From Bacteroidia bacterium (GTDB lineage: Bacteria; Bacteroidota; Bacteroidia; M30B66): DNA of 64,000 nt. How positions within the stretch are numbered: position 1 is the first letter of the stretch; each line of letters opens with the position of its first letter. The notes under the pieces are model-generated. The model had not been told where the DNA came from and did no database searches. It saw only the letters and a list, made by a program, of their open reading frames with translations. Shown here one piece after another: positions 42,396 through 52,300 of the stretch. The stretch is taken from contig OZ257142.1 of assembly GCA_965279035.1 (NCBI GenBank), positions 1,792,001 through 1,856,000 on the forward strand, written 5' to 3'. A program made the position numbers and the translations under genes.

Positions 42396-43076
42396 ATGAA
42401 ACATAAAAAACTGCTTTTTTACAGCTTTATTCTCTTTCCAATAATTGCCTTTTCACAAAGAAAAAAAGTTGATTCAATCAATCTAAGTGCATTCATCGAT
42501 TTAACTCATTACAATTCTTGGAATGTAATAACAACAAGTAAAGGAGCATCCTTTTTTATTGATTTCAGGGATAAAAAACGCAATTGGTTTGAAGCCTGCT
42601 TAGGAGTGAGTTTGCTAAACTCGAACGTATTTAAAGTGTATGATGTTGACTTCACTCCAATTCTATATCCTCGTCCTAATGGCTCATCTTCAAGACCCTA
42701 TTTTATTCAATCCCACTCACTCGATTTTACAATTCCCTTCTTCTTGCGTTTTCGAATTATTCATAATGAAAATATTTCGTTGAAATGGAGTTTAGGAATA
42801 GCGAGTTCTTATCGATTTCTAAATACAACAAAAACATATTCATATCAAGTAGAAACATGGAATACTCCTTTTGTTCGGGGGCCAAACTATTCTAGTTATC
42901 ATAGATTAAATAATGAATTCTTTTATCTAAATGCTTTATTTCCTCTGGCTTCTATTGATGCTGTTTTCTTTGAAAAATCATCGTTTCAATGTGTTAGCCG
43001 ATTTATTTTTTCGGGTGCTAAGAATCGATTTTTAATGAATGTTGGATTGGGAATTCAAAAGCGTTTTAAACATTAA
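42396..43076 (+). CDS. Hypothetical secreted/outer-membrane protein
   Basis: Signal peptide (AFSQ); beta-strand-like pattern ending VGLGIQKRF. Confidence 0.6.
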   Translation: MKHKKLLFYSFILFPIIAFSQRKKVDSINLSAFIDLTHYNSWNVITTSKGASFFIDFRDKKRNWFEACLGVSLLNSNVFKVYDVDFTPILYPRPNGSSSRPYFIQSHSLDFTIPFFLRFRIIHNENISLKWSLGIASSYRFLNTTKTYSYQVETWNTPFVRGPNYSSYHRLNNEFFYLNALFPLASIDAVFFEKSSFQCVSRFIFSGAKNRFLMNVGLGIQKRFKH

Positions 43077-43139
43077 TTTATGTTGAATAATTTCATTTTA
43101 AAATATAATTGAATGTATCATATTATTCAATTAAACAAT

Positions 43140-43625
43140 TTATTCGGATTTCAATTTCATAAAATTAAACAAGCCAATCATCTCTACCGAATAATCCCAC
43201 ATTTCAATGCTACTACTATATGGAATGACCGGCATTACAGCCATTGGTTCATAAACTGTTTGATCTAATTTTAATATATCCAATGAAAATTCTAATGGAT
43301 ATTCAGTGCCATTTCGAATGATAAAAACACTGTGTTTATTTGCTTTTTTTTCTTCCTCTGTGCTTCCTTTTGTTCCTATGGAAACCAAAATATCAATGGT
43401 TCCTTCGGGGGCTTTAATGGAGGTGTATTGGTCGAGTTGATTTAAATCGAACTTTTCTTCAAACAAATCAAAATTCAAAATAGCATAATGAAAACGTACC
43501 GAATCAATGGGAATTAAGCGAATGCTTATTTTTGAATACATCGGAAATGCAAAGCCAGCAATGGCTGATGTATCTGCCTGCTGAGCTTGAGCCGAACAGC
43601 TTATCAACAAGGCGAATATGATGAG
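43140..43625 (-). CDS. Hypothetical secreted protein (ORF track start 43646)
   Basis: The 168-aa ORF 43140..43646 has signal peptide MKLIRKTLIIFALLISCSAQAQ. The end coordinate given here is approximate; the ORF-track ATG at 43646 is the more likely start. Confidence 0.6.
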   Translation of the reverse strand, partial: LIIFALLISCSAQAQQADTSAIAGFAFPMYSKISIRLIPIDSVRFHYAILNFDLFEEKFDLNQLDQYTSIKAPEGTIDILVSIGTKGSTEEEKKANKHSVFIIRNGTEYPLEFSLDILKLDQTVYEPMAVMPVIPYSSSIEMWDYSVEMIGLFNFMKLKSE

Positions 43626-43706
43626 TGTTTTCCTGATTAATTTCATTTTTTTGAATACAATTTATCTACTATTAAACTCGCAATTTATTGTTTTATTTTT
43701 TATTCT

Positions 43707-43845
43707 CCGGATTGAAATCCGAGGTTGCGGGGGTGGGGATTATCTACGTCTTATTCATTTATTAGCCGGATTGAAATCCGGGGTTGCGGGGTTTTATTAT
43801 CTACATCTTATTCATTTATTCCCCGGATTGAAATCCGGGGTTGCC
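43707..43845. repeat. Three tandem REP-like palindromes CCGGATTGAAATCCGGGGTTGC
   Basis: Copies at ~43707, 43766 and 43823, 57-59 bp apart with near-identical linkers; an inverted copy lies at ~47414-47433. Confidence 0.85.
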
Positions 43846-43875
43846 ATTTCATTAATAAATCATGTATTAACGAAT

Positions 43876-44216
43876 CAGCATACCAGCACACCAGCACATC
43901 AGCACACCAGTTTAATGTGCTAATCCGATAGCTATCGGATAGTTGATGTGCTAATGTGCTTATGGAAAGATCAAATCTGCAACTTTCCGGTAACCTAACA
44001 GCACACTAATTCAATGTGCTAATCCGATAGCTATCGGATAGTTGATATGCTAAAGTGCTAATGGAAAAACACAGCTCCAACCTTCAAGTAGCCTAACAGC
44101 ACATCAGCATATCAGCACACCATTAAATCAATTCAATGTGCTAATTCGATAGCTATCGGATAGTTGATGTGCTAATGAACTAATGGAAAAGAACACTGCT
44201 CAAACATAACGCTAAC
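43876..44216. repeat. Tandem copies A-C of a ~110-125-bp REP/MITE-like unit (TGTGCTAA arm, CCGATAGCTATCGG, spacer, CAGCACAY arm)
   Basis: Units start at ~43913, 44013 and 44135, with palindromes at 43925, 44024 and 44146. Confidence 0.9.
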
Positions 44217-44350
44217 ATTTTGCAAACACCCGAGGTGACAAATTGGGTGAATGAATTGATTTAGTTTAGAAAAAACTCTAAATTAACGATTGCCTCAAAT
44301 GCTCAGAATGCTTGACTTTGCTGATGTTTTGTTTTAGGGTGTTTTTAAAA

Positions 44351-45031
44351 TCATTCAGGAATGTAATTAATTATTCCCTGGTCGCCACTTTGGTAAAAAC
44401 TCTCTTCTTTTTTAGCAAATTCAATAGACTTATCATGTCGGATTTCCAATGTTTGGCTGTCAAGCCACTTTGCATATACAAATTTTCCCTTTGAATAGAA
44501 GTTAAAAACAGATCCGCCACCAGATGCCCAACTTATACTTGAGCTTGTGTCTTTGTATTCACCATTCACATAACTTTCTATAATTTCAAATGTCTTTTTT
44601 CCGTCTGGTGCAATGAGTGTCAAAAGGTGAATAGCGCTATACTCGAACTTTGGTTTTACTCTTCGTTTCGCTTTTTCCTTTTCTGTTGAAATTTGAATTA
44701 GGAATTTGTCAAGTTCTTTTTTGCGTTTTTCTATTGTCTTGTTATCAGCACCAAGTCCTTTCCAAACTTCAAGGTCTTTACCCGTTTCAATAATTTCTTT
44801 TACTTTTTTATAAACTGTTGAGTCAAGTAATTTTGTTTCCCATTGTGCCAATGCAAGTCCAAACAAACTGTTGTTACGGTCGTCATTGTCGTTAAACATT
44901 TCAGCAAAGTCGTCTTGAATTTGTTTAGAAATGTCAGCGGGATGTTGTCCTTTATTGTATAAATCAAAGAAGGTTTGATAAATGTCTTGAAAGGTGTCAT
45001 TTCCGTTTATTTTCGTATTCCAAGTCCCCAT
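44351..45031 (-). CDS. Hypothetical protein, cassette-like insert
   Basis: 226-aa ORF MGTWNTKINGNDTFQD..., sandwiched between repeat copies C and D. Confidence 0.75.
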   Translation of the reverse strand: MGTWNTKINGNDTFQDIYQTFFDLYNKGQHPADISKQIQDDFAEMFNDNDDRNNSLFGLALAQWETKLLDSTVYKKVKEIIETGKDLEVWKGLGADNKTIEKRKKELDKFLIQISTEKEKAKRRVKPKFEYSAIHLLTLIAPDGKKTFEIIESYVNGEYKDTSSSISWASGGGSVFNFYSKGKFVYAKWLDSQTLEIRHDKSIEFAKKEESFYQSGDQGIINYIPE

Positions 45032-45069
45032 TTTTCAGTCTGTTAGCGTACTGTTTTTAAATGTCTTAT

Positions 45070-45211
45070 TAGCCTATTTCACACCATCAAATCAAATTAA
45101 TGTGCTAATCCGATAGCTATCGGATAGCTAATATGCTAATGTGCAGATGAAAAAGAAAACTGCTGCAACTTTCCGGTAACCTAACAGCACACCAGCACAC
45201 CATCACATCAA
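45070..45211. repeat. Copy D of the TGTGCTAA/CCGATAGCTATCGG/CAGCACAY unit
   Basis: Palindrome at 45110-45123; spacer CTGCAACTTTCCGGTAACCTAACAGCACAC identical to copy A. Confidence 0.9.
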
Positions 45212-46300
45212 TTATTTAAACCAGCCTTTTCTTCTAAAATAAAACACCATACCAATGGAAATTAAAATCATAATAATCCAAACAATAGGGTAGGCCCATT
45301 CTTGATCCAATTCTGGCATGAACTTGAAATTCATTCCGTAAACTCCTACGATAAATGTTAATGGGATAAATATTGTTGAAATAATCGTCAGTGTTTTCAT
45401 GACGTTATTCATCTTATTACTCAATGAACTTAAATACACGTCCATCATGCCCGAACTCAAGTCACGAAAGGTTTCTAGCGTATCAATAGCATGCACACAA
45501 TGATCATACACATCACGTAAATAAATATCCGTATTGCCTTTTAAATGCAGGTGTTCGCTTTTCGATAAACTACTCACCACTTCACGCATTGGCCAAATGG
45601 ATTTTCGTAAATAAATTAATTCCCTTTTTAATCCATGCAATATTTGTAAATCGCTCGTTTTTGCATCATTTAATAATTGAATTTCTGTTTCTTCCAAATG
45701 ATCGCCAATCCGCTCCAGTACTACAAAATAATTATCTACAATGGCATCCAATAAACTATATAAAATATAATCAGTTCCACTTTTTCGAACTTTCAAATTT
45801 CCCTTTCTCAAACGATCTCTCAAACCATCAAATAAATCACCTTCATCTTCTATAAAACTAATAATTGTATTATTTAATAGAATGATACTTAATTGTTCTG
45901 TCTTTACTTGTTTCTCTTTATCGTCGTAACTAATCATTTTAACAACCACATACAAATACGCTCCGTAATCCTCCATTTTCGGGCGTTGTGTGGGATGAAC
46001 AATATCTTCTTGCACTAAACTATGCAAACAAAATACACGACCTAATTGCTCAACAACCGATGGTTCGTGTATTCCGATGACATTAATCCAGCGTGTTTGT
46101 TCCGAACTAACATCGTCTTTAATATCAGCAATACGGACTTTTTTCTTCTCTGTAAAATGAGATTCATCCCAAGTGAGAATATCTGCATGGACTTCAAAAT
46201 CGCGTGTTTCGCCTACATAAGCTACTGTTCCAGGTGCTAAACCTGCTTTACTTCCAAGGCGACGTTGCCGATGACGATGCGGTGTGTTGTACTTTTTCAT
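45212..46300 (-). CDS. corA: Magnesium/cobalt transporter CorA
   Basis: EDIVHPTQRPKMEDY, MNNVMKTLT, PLTFIVGVYGMNFKFMPEL (GMN signature). Confidence 0.97.
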   Translation of the reverse strand: MKKYNTPHRHRQRRLGSKAGLAPGTVAYVGETRDFEVHADILTWDESHFTEKKKVRIADIKDDVSSEQTRWINVIGIHEPSVVEQLGRVFCLHSLVQEDIVHPTQRPKMEDYGAYLYVVVKMISYDDKEKQVKTEQLSIILLNNTIISFIEDEGDLFDGLRDRLRKGNLKVRKSGTDYILYSLLDAIVDNYFVVLERIGDHLEETEIQLLNDAKTSDLQILHGLKRELIYLRKSIWPMREVVSSLSKSEHLHLKGNTDIYLRDVYDHCVHAIDTLETFRDLSSGMMDVYLSSLSNKMNNVMKTLTIISTIFIPLTFIVGVYGMNFKFMPELDQEWAYPIVWIIMILISIGMVFYFRRKGWFK

Positions 46301-46317
46301 CTGCTCGAATATCGTAA

Positions 46318-47298
46318 CTATTTGCTTTTGTGACGCACTACACTCAATGGCCCATCAATGCGGTTCCCATCGGGTAAAATCAATTCGAATTGATACGTTC
46401 CACTGGGCAAACCAGCACCATCCCAATCGTTTCGATAATTATCCGTTTTAAAAACAACCAGGTCTTTTTTATTTCGAATCGTTAAACGACTATAGCGAGG
46501 CAATCCTTCGATATAAAATAAATCATTAAATCCATCTCCATTGGGTGTAACCACTTCGGGAACGTGCATGCGACCTGCTGGTAATATTTCACCCGAAGGA
46601 GGAGCGATAACCTGCACTTCGGTTGGTTTTTCTACTTCAGGTGTACAGCTACCTAAATACACATTGTCCACATAGAGATAGGCCAAACGAATGTATTGTG
46701 TTTGATCATTTGGCTGAAGATTCGTACTTGCATCGTTACGGAAATTACCAATGGTGACAAACTGTTCACCTCCTTTAGCTTTGAATGTAAAGGATAGGAT
46801 TTTCCAAGTTTTTCCTGTATCCGAAATGGCAAGGTATTTTTGACTTTTGAATTCTGGTTCGCGGATAATGGTGTTCCAGTCGTTCGAGCGTATGGAATCT
46901 TTGCTAAGCGCGATGCCCAATTCATCGGTAAAATAGCTCGATTTTTCTGCTGCCGAAACGGAGATTTTTAAACACAATTCTTCACCCGGAATGAGCATTC
47001 TGCTTAATCGAACTTCGAGGTATTCTCTGAAATTGGGATTGTCGGCATCGTAAAGTATCAAGCCGGCAAACTGTTGTCCTTCAGCAGCCTTTTGCTTTCC
47101 ATGTGGCACCTCTCCCGGTTTGATTAAATCGGGACTACCAATTCCTGCAGGAAACCAAGGACTTGCCTGCTCAATATTTCCTGAATATTTCGATTTTACA
47201 GGCTTCAACGAACGTTCGAAGCTCCCATTGGGTATCAAATTCTGCCCACAAACAGGCAGCACAGAAAGTAGAAAAATTATGGTCAGGAAGCGAATCAT
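46318..47298 (-). CDS. Secreted protein with gliding-motility-associated (T9SS type-B) C-terminal domain
   Basis: QNLIPNGSFE N-terminus; C-terminal VPEVVTPNGDGFNDLFYI...YRNDWDG..LPSGTY. Confidence 0.85.
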   Translation of the reverse strand: MIRFLTIIFLLSVLPVCGQNLIPNGSFERSLKPVKSKYSGNIEQASPWFPAGIGSPDLIKPGEVPHGKQKAAEGQQFAGLILYDADNPNFREYLEVRLSRMLIPGEELCLKISVSAAEKSSYFTDELGIALSKDSIRSNDWNTIIREPEFKSQKYLAISDTGKTWKILSFTFKAKGGEQFVTIGNFRNDASTNLQPNDQTQYIRLAYLYVDNVYLGSCTPEVEKPTEVQVIAPPSGEILPAGRMHVPEVVTPNGDGFNDLFYIEGLPRYSRLTIRNKKDLVVFKTDNYRNDWDGAGLPSGTYQFELILPDGNRIDGPLSVVRHKSK

Positions 47299-47324
47299 GC
47301 AAGGGGCGCAAGATAGTATTTTAG

Positions 47325-47670
47325 TGTGCTGATGTGCTAGTTTTTTGATGTGCTAGTTTTCCCGATTGCAATCGGGAGATGTACTAGTTTGTAGCTGCAG
47401 TATACCTCCCGCATCCCCGGATTTCAATCCGGGGGGAGATTACCCTAATCTTTCACATCGCCCCAATCTCTCAATCACCCGCTTCGACAAGCTCAGCGGG
47501 CGGACTCTAGTCTTTCTCTAACCTAAGAGCACACCAACCCACCATCACATCACTTTAATGTGCTAATCCGATAGCTATCGGATAGCTAATGTGCTCATGT
47601 GCTGATGGAAAAGAACACTGCTCCAACCTCGCACTAACCTAACATCACATCATCACACCATCACACCAGC
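47325..47670. repeat. Mixed repeat cluster, including copy E of the TGTGCTAA unit
   Basis: TGTGCT repeats; TCCCGATTGCAATCGGGA (~47360); CCCCGGATTTCAATCCGGGG; GCTTCGACAAGCTCAGC (~47481, reverse complement of the 17891 motif); CCGATAGCTATCGG at 47568. Confidence 0.85.
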
Positions 47671-47689
47671 CTTTAGACTTGCACTATTA

Positions 47690-47870
47690 TTTTAGTTGAG
47701 ATATCTTGACTGAAAATAAACAAAGAAACGGGGTGAACTATCTCATCAGCTAGGTCTTTAAATCCCTAAGGTGTGTATGAGTCCCCGTTTCCTTTAACCA
47801 TGTTGTTAATGGCCAGCTAGAATTTTAGACTTCGAGATCTATTAAAGGTTTTAGCCAAGAGCAACACTTA
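47690..47870 (+). ncRNA. Predicted IS110 bridge RNA
   Basis: 5' hairpin 47691-47714. Target-binding loop closed by GAAACGGGG/CCCCGTTTC, with guides CTCATCAGC (47742) and GGTGTGT (47770). Donor-binding loop closed by TGTTGTT/AGCAACA, with guides CTAGAAT (47817) and TAAAGGT (47843). Confidence 0.85.
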
Positions 47871-47881
47871 AAAACAAAAGT

Positions 47882-48862
47882 ATGAAGAAGAACTTTATTG
47901 GCATTGATGTGTCAAAATTAACGCTGGATGTTTATTTACATAATCAATCTCAGCACAACGTCTTTAGCAATGATATCGATGGTTATACACTGATGCTTGC
48001 TTGGTTAAAGCAGTTGAAAGTGAGTGTAAAATCGATGGCCATTTGCTTTGAGCATACGGGTATTTATAGCGAGGATTTATCTGTGTTTTTGAGTGAAAAG
48101 AAGATCTGTTTTTACATGGAATCCTCCTTAAACATTAAGTATTCTATTGGACTTCAGCGAGGCAAAAATGATAAGATAGACTCCCAAAGAATCGCAAATT
48201 TCATTGCATTACATGCAGAACAGCTTAGCCCAACGGTACTATCAAAGAGTGCTGTAGCGCAGCTGAGAAAGCTCTTGAGTATGCGTTCGCATCTGGAAAA
48301 AGAGAAGATAGGCATCAAAAACAGACTTAAGAACTCATCAAAAACCACTGGTGTAGATATAGTTTTTCAAATCGAAACGGATCTGTTAAAGACCTTTAAC
48401 GATAAACTTAAACTGGTAGAAGAGGAAATCAAATCATTGATAAAGTCAGATGATAATCTTCGTCAAATCGACGAATTAGTTCAATCTATAAAAGGAGTTG
48501 GACCAGTGTCGAGTTGGTATTTAATCGCCACAACAAATGGCTTTGAATACTTCGACAATGCTCGTCAATATGCATGTTATAGTGGAATAGCTCCATTCGA
48601 AAAATCATCAGGAACATCCATAAAAGGGAAAACACAAACCGATAGAAGATCAAATCGAAAAATCAATGGAGTATTAACAATGGCGGCGCGTTCGGCAGTA
48701 TTAAATAACACCGAAATGAGAGAATATATGGAGCGTAAAATCCAGGAAGGAAAACATTATAATTGTGCACTCAATGCAGTCAAAAACAAACTTGTATCAA
48801 GAGTATTTGCTGTCGTAAAAAGAAAAACACCCTATGTTGATCTAAAAAAATACGCTGCATAG
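47882..48862 (+). CDS. IS110-family DEDD recombinase/transposase (326 aa)
   Basis: GIDVSK, FEHTGIY, KNDKIDS (DEDD RuvC-like); SIKGVG and GIAPFEKSSGTS (catalytic Ser region). Confidence 0.97.
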   Translation: MKKNFIGIDVSKLTLDVYLHNQSQHNVFSNDIDGYTLMLAWLKQLKVSVKSMAICFEHTGIYSEDLSVFLSEKKICFYMESSLNIKYSIGLQRGKNDKIDSQRIANFIALHAEQLSPTVLSKSAVAQLRKLLSMRSHLEKEKIGIKNRLKNSSKTTGVDIVFQIETDLLKTFNDKLKLVEEEIKSLIKSDDNLRQIDELVQSIKGVGPVSSWYLIATTNGFEYFDNARQYACYSGIAPFEKSSGTSIKGKTQTDRRSNRKINGVLTMAARSAVLNNTEMREYMERKIQEGKHYNCALNAVKNKLVSRVFAVVKRKTPYVDLKKYAA

Positions 48863-49332
48863 ACTTGCATAAGTCCTAGAATACACACCAACCCACCAGC
48901 ACATCAGATAAGTAAGATTCTTACTCTCCTCATCTTATCATCCCTAAAATTTCCGGACTTGGGGGCTTCATTACAAAATCCATTTTCGTTTAAAGAGTGT
49001 AGAGATAAAGTTTTCAACAGAGCTAGTGTTATTTTGACACAATTAATTGGCAATGTGGGTGCTGATAGGCCTTTTATGTGGCTTATTCTGTTGAAAATCA
49101 AGGATTCTGTAAATTTGGTATTTCCATCTGATTGGTCTATTTTTATGCTCCCTAAATTTCCCTTAGAAGTACCCTAATCTGTTTTGCTTTGAAAAATTTT
49201 GACGTGCTTTCTCGCTTCTCAACCCAAAACACTGCATTTTCTGTGTGGTGTAAGAAAAACAGCAAGTCTGTAACGTTTCCGATTTCATCCCGTATGCTTA
49301 GTGTTTTGAAAACTACCCTTTTCCCCGCATCC

Positions 49333-52300
49333 ATGAAGAACTTCAACTCCACCACCATGATGCTTACCCGTATTCGTTTAACCTGCTTGTTAGTACTTGC
49401 CGGTTTATCTGCTTTTGCGCAGACTACCGTTACCTACACCCAGCAACAGGCAAACTACTACACCACTTTTACTGCCGGTACTGCTGGTAACTTCAACCAA
49501 GGCTCTTTCCAACTTGGGATGTATGCCAATGCTGGAGGTACAAAACAAGTAGCATCATTTCGTAAATTTCGAACGGATGGTTCGGGTTCATCTACCGGTG
49601 ATCGGAGTATGAAAGTCGGTGATCAGTTTGTAGTCACCTTATCGGCTACTCGTGCCTATGGTAGAATCGGTTTCTCCCTTTTGGCTTCTCCAAGTGCAAC
49701 TACTGCTTGGACCGATCGGGAAAACAATTATGCGATGAGCATGAATTTGGACGGAAATTCCGGAGCTTGGGGTAACTGGTATGCGAAGTACAATGGCGGT
49801 GGAACTTCTGCAGGATCGGCAAACGTAGCTGGACAACAAACTACCTATAAAAATTTCACTTTCACTCTTACGCTTACAGCTCCAGATCGGATGAATGCCA
49901 CCTGGACAGATGGAACAACAACTAGTAATCTCTACGATATTCAATTAAATACTTCCAACCCGATTACCGACTATTGCGTGTTTTTGGAAGACGACTGGGA
50001 TGGCGGAGCAAATCGAAACATCTACTGGGGATTAGGAGCAGTAGGAACTCAACACACATTAACCAATACAGGTAACTGTACTATTGGACAAAGCAATTCT
50101 TCCTTTACAACTTCAGGAGTAATTTTTAACGGACTCGATGCCAATAGCGCATCCACCAATAGCTTAAACAACAACTTAGTAAAAAGCGGAACTGGTACAC
50201 TCACCTTGAGCGGCGCTAATACATATGTTGGAACTACAACAGTAAATGGTGGTTCACTTCTATTAGGTGCATCCGGTGTGATTCCTGATGCAAGTAATGT
50301 AACTCTTAATGGTGGAACCTTGAGTTCTGGATCCGGTGCAGGTTTTACAGAAGTCATGGGGACTTTGAACCTTAGCGCCAATTCAACCTTAGCTCTCGGA
50401 ACAGGAGCACATACAATCACTTTTGCTAATTCCAGTGCTGTTTCTTGGACAGCCAATACGATCCTTACTGTTACTGGTTGGACAGGTACCAATAATGGAA
50501 ATTCATCTGGAACAGCAGGGAAGCTGTTTGTTGGAAATGGCTTTGGCGGATTGACAGGTATTCAATTATCAAGAATTCGATTTAATATCAGCGGTACTTT
50601 GTATGGAGCCATGCAATTGAGTACAGGTGAAGTGGTACCTACAGGTGGAACGGTTTTATACTATGGTGGTGCAAATGGTACTTGGACTGGAAGTTTATGG
50701 AGTGTTAATGAAGGTGGACCATATACTACAGCATGGACATCTGGTTGTCATGCTGTAATGAATTTAACTTCAGGAGCAAATACTCTTACTGGAGCTACTA
50801 CTAACATTGCTGCAATTACTGTAAATGCTGCGGTAACATATGCAATAGGAGGTACTTGGAGTATGGGTCCTGCAGGTGCTGCCGTTGCTCCAATATACGT
50901 AGATAATGGGGTAACATTTTCAATGCTTGGTCAGGGAATTTCAGTTACAGCTGGAAATGGTATAATAAAAAATGGTTCAGGGATTTTACAAGGCGCCAAT
51001 GGTAATAATTACTTAGGTGGATTTACAATTAACAATGGAATGTTTGCCATTGGTGGAATTAATTCCATGGGAAATGGTGGAACTTTAAATATTAATGGTG
51101 GAACATTAGCCGGAACTGCAAATCGTGATTTAACAGGAAAATTTAGTTCAATAACTATTGGTGGAGATTTTACATTAGGTTCATCTACTTCTCCTGCATC
51201 AGGTACTGCAACATTAACTTTTACAAATAATACAGCTTTAGGAAGTTCTGTTACACGTACAATCACATTAGGTGGAACTGGTTTAATTACTTGGAATGGT
51301 ATCATCAGTGGTACTAGTTCTAACTTAACGATTGGTGCTACTGCAGCGGGTTCTATGTCGCTTGGTGGAGTTAATACATTTGGAGGAAACTTTACAGTCA
51401 ATGCAGCATCAAGTACCATTACACTCGCAGCAGCAAATTCATATGGTGGAGGAACAGTTGTTAATGCTGGTACATTAAAACTTACTATTTCTTCTGCAAT
51501 CCCATCAGGTTCGGCATTAAGTTTTGCGAATACATCAGGAGCAATTCTCGATTTAACTACGACTGCTTTAACACACACTGTTGCCTCTCTTTCGGGTGGT
51601 GGCTCAACTGGTGGTAATATCAGCTTTGGCGCTCCAGCTACAGGCGAAGTGTTAACAATCAATCAATCAGGTAACACAACGTATTCAGGTTTAATTAGTG
51701 GTAACGGTTCAATCACCAAAACAGGTGCTGGAATCTTAACCTTTGGTCATACTGCTAATACTTATACAGGTTCTACAACCATTTCGGCTGGAGAGCTTCG
51801 CTTGAACCCAAGCACAACCACAGCTACATTTGCTTCACCCGTAATTTTAAGTGGTGGTAAATTGAGCACTACTTCGATTACAGCTGCTACAACTTTCACT
51901 AGCTCATCAACCTTAAAACTTAACGCAAGCAGCAGCATCGACTTAGGTTCGAATGCGCATTCCTTGAAATTTGCTGCTTCGAACGGTGTTGCTTGGACAG
52001 GTGCAACTACCTTAACAATCAATGGTTGGACAGGTACAGGAGGAGCAACAGGAACTGCTGGTAAAATCTTTTTCGGTTCTGCAGTAGGAACACTTACAGG
52101 AACTCAATTAGGGCAAATCACATTTACTGGTTATACGGGAACACCTATCCTTTTATCAACAGGAGAATTGGTTCCTCCAGTTCCGTCAGTTACCTATACA
52201 TGGACTGGTGGTGCAGGAGATTTTCTTTGGACAAGTCCAGCCAACTGGAGTCCTGGAACAAGTACAGCAGGCGTTGGTCCAACAGCTACCGACAATGTTG

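Larger units (their letters stand above)
47671..48884 (+). mobile_element. IS110-family element inserted in a CAGCACAY repeat
   Basis: No terminal inverted repeats. Removing 47671-48884 restores CACACCAGCACACC, identical to the unoccupied site at 45188-45201. Confidence 0.9.

Noticed and set aside
43618-43931. ORFs of 101 and 68 aa over the REP cluster
   Set aside because: Translations of repeats (GLKSGVA, HQHTS), not credible proteins.
43707-44216. Possible CRISPR array
   Set aside because: The sequences between repeats are similar to each other, there are few units, and no cas genes are present; REP-like instead.
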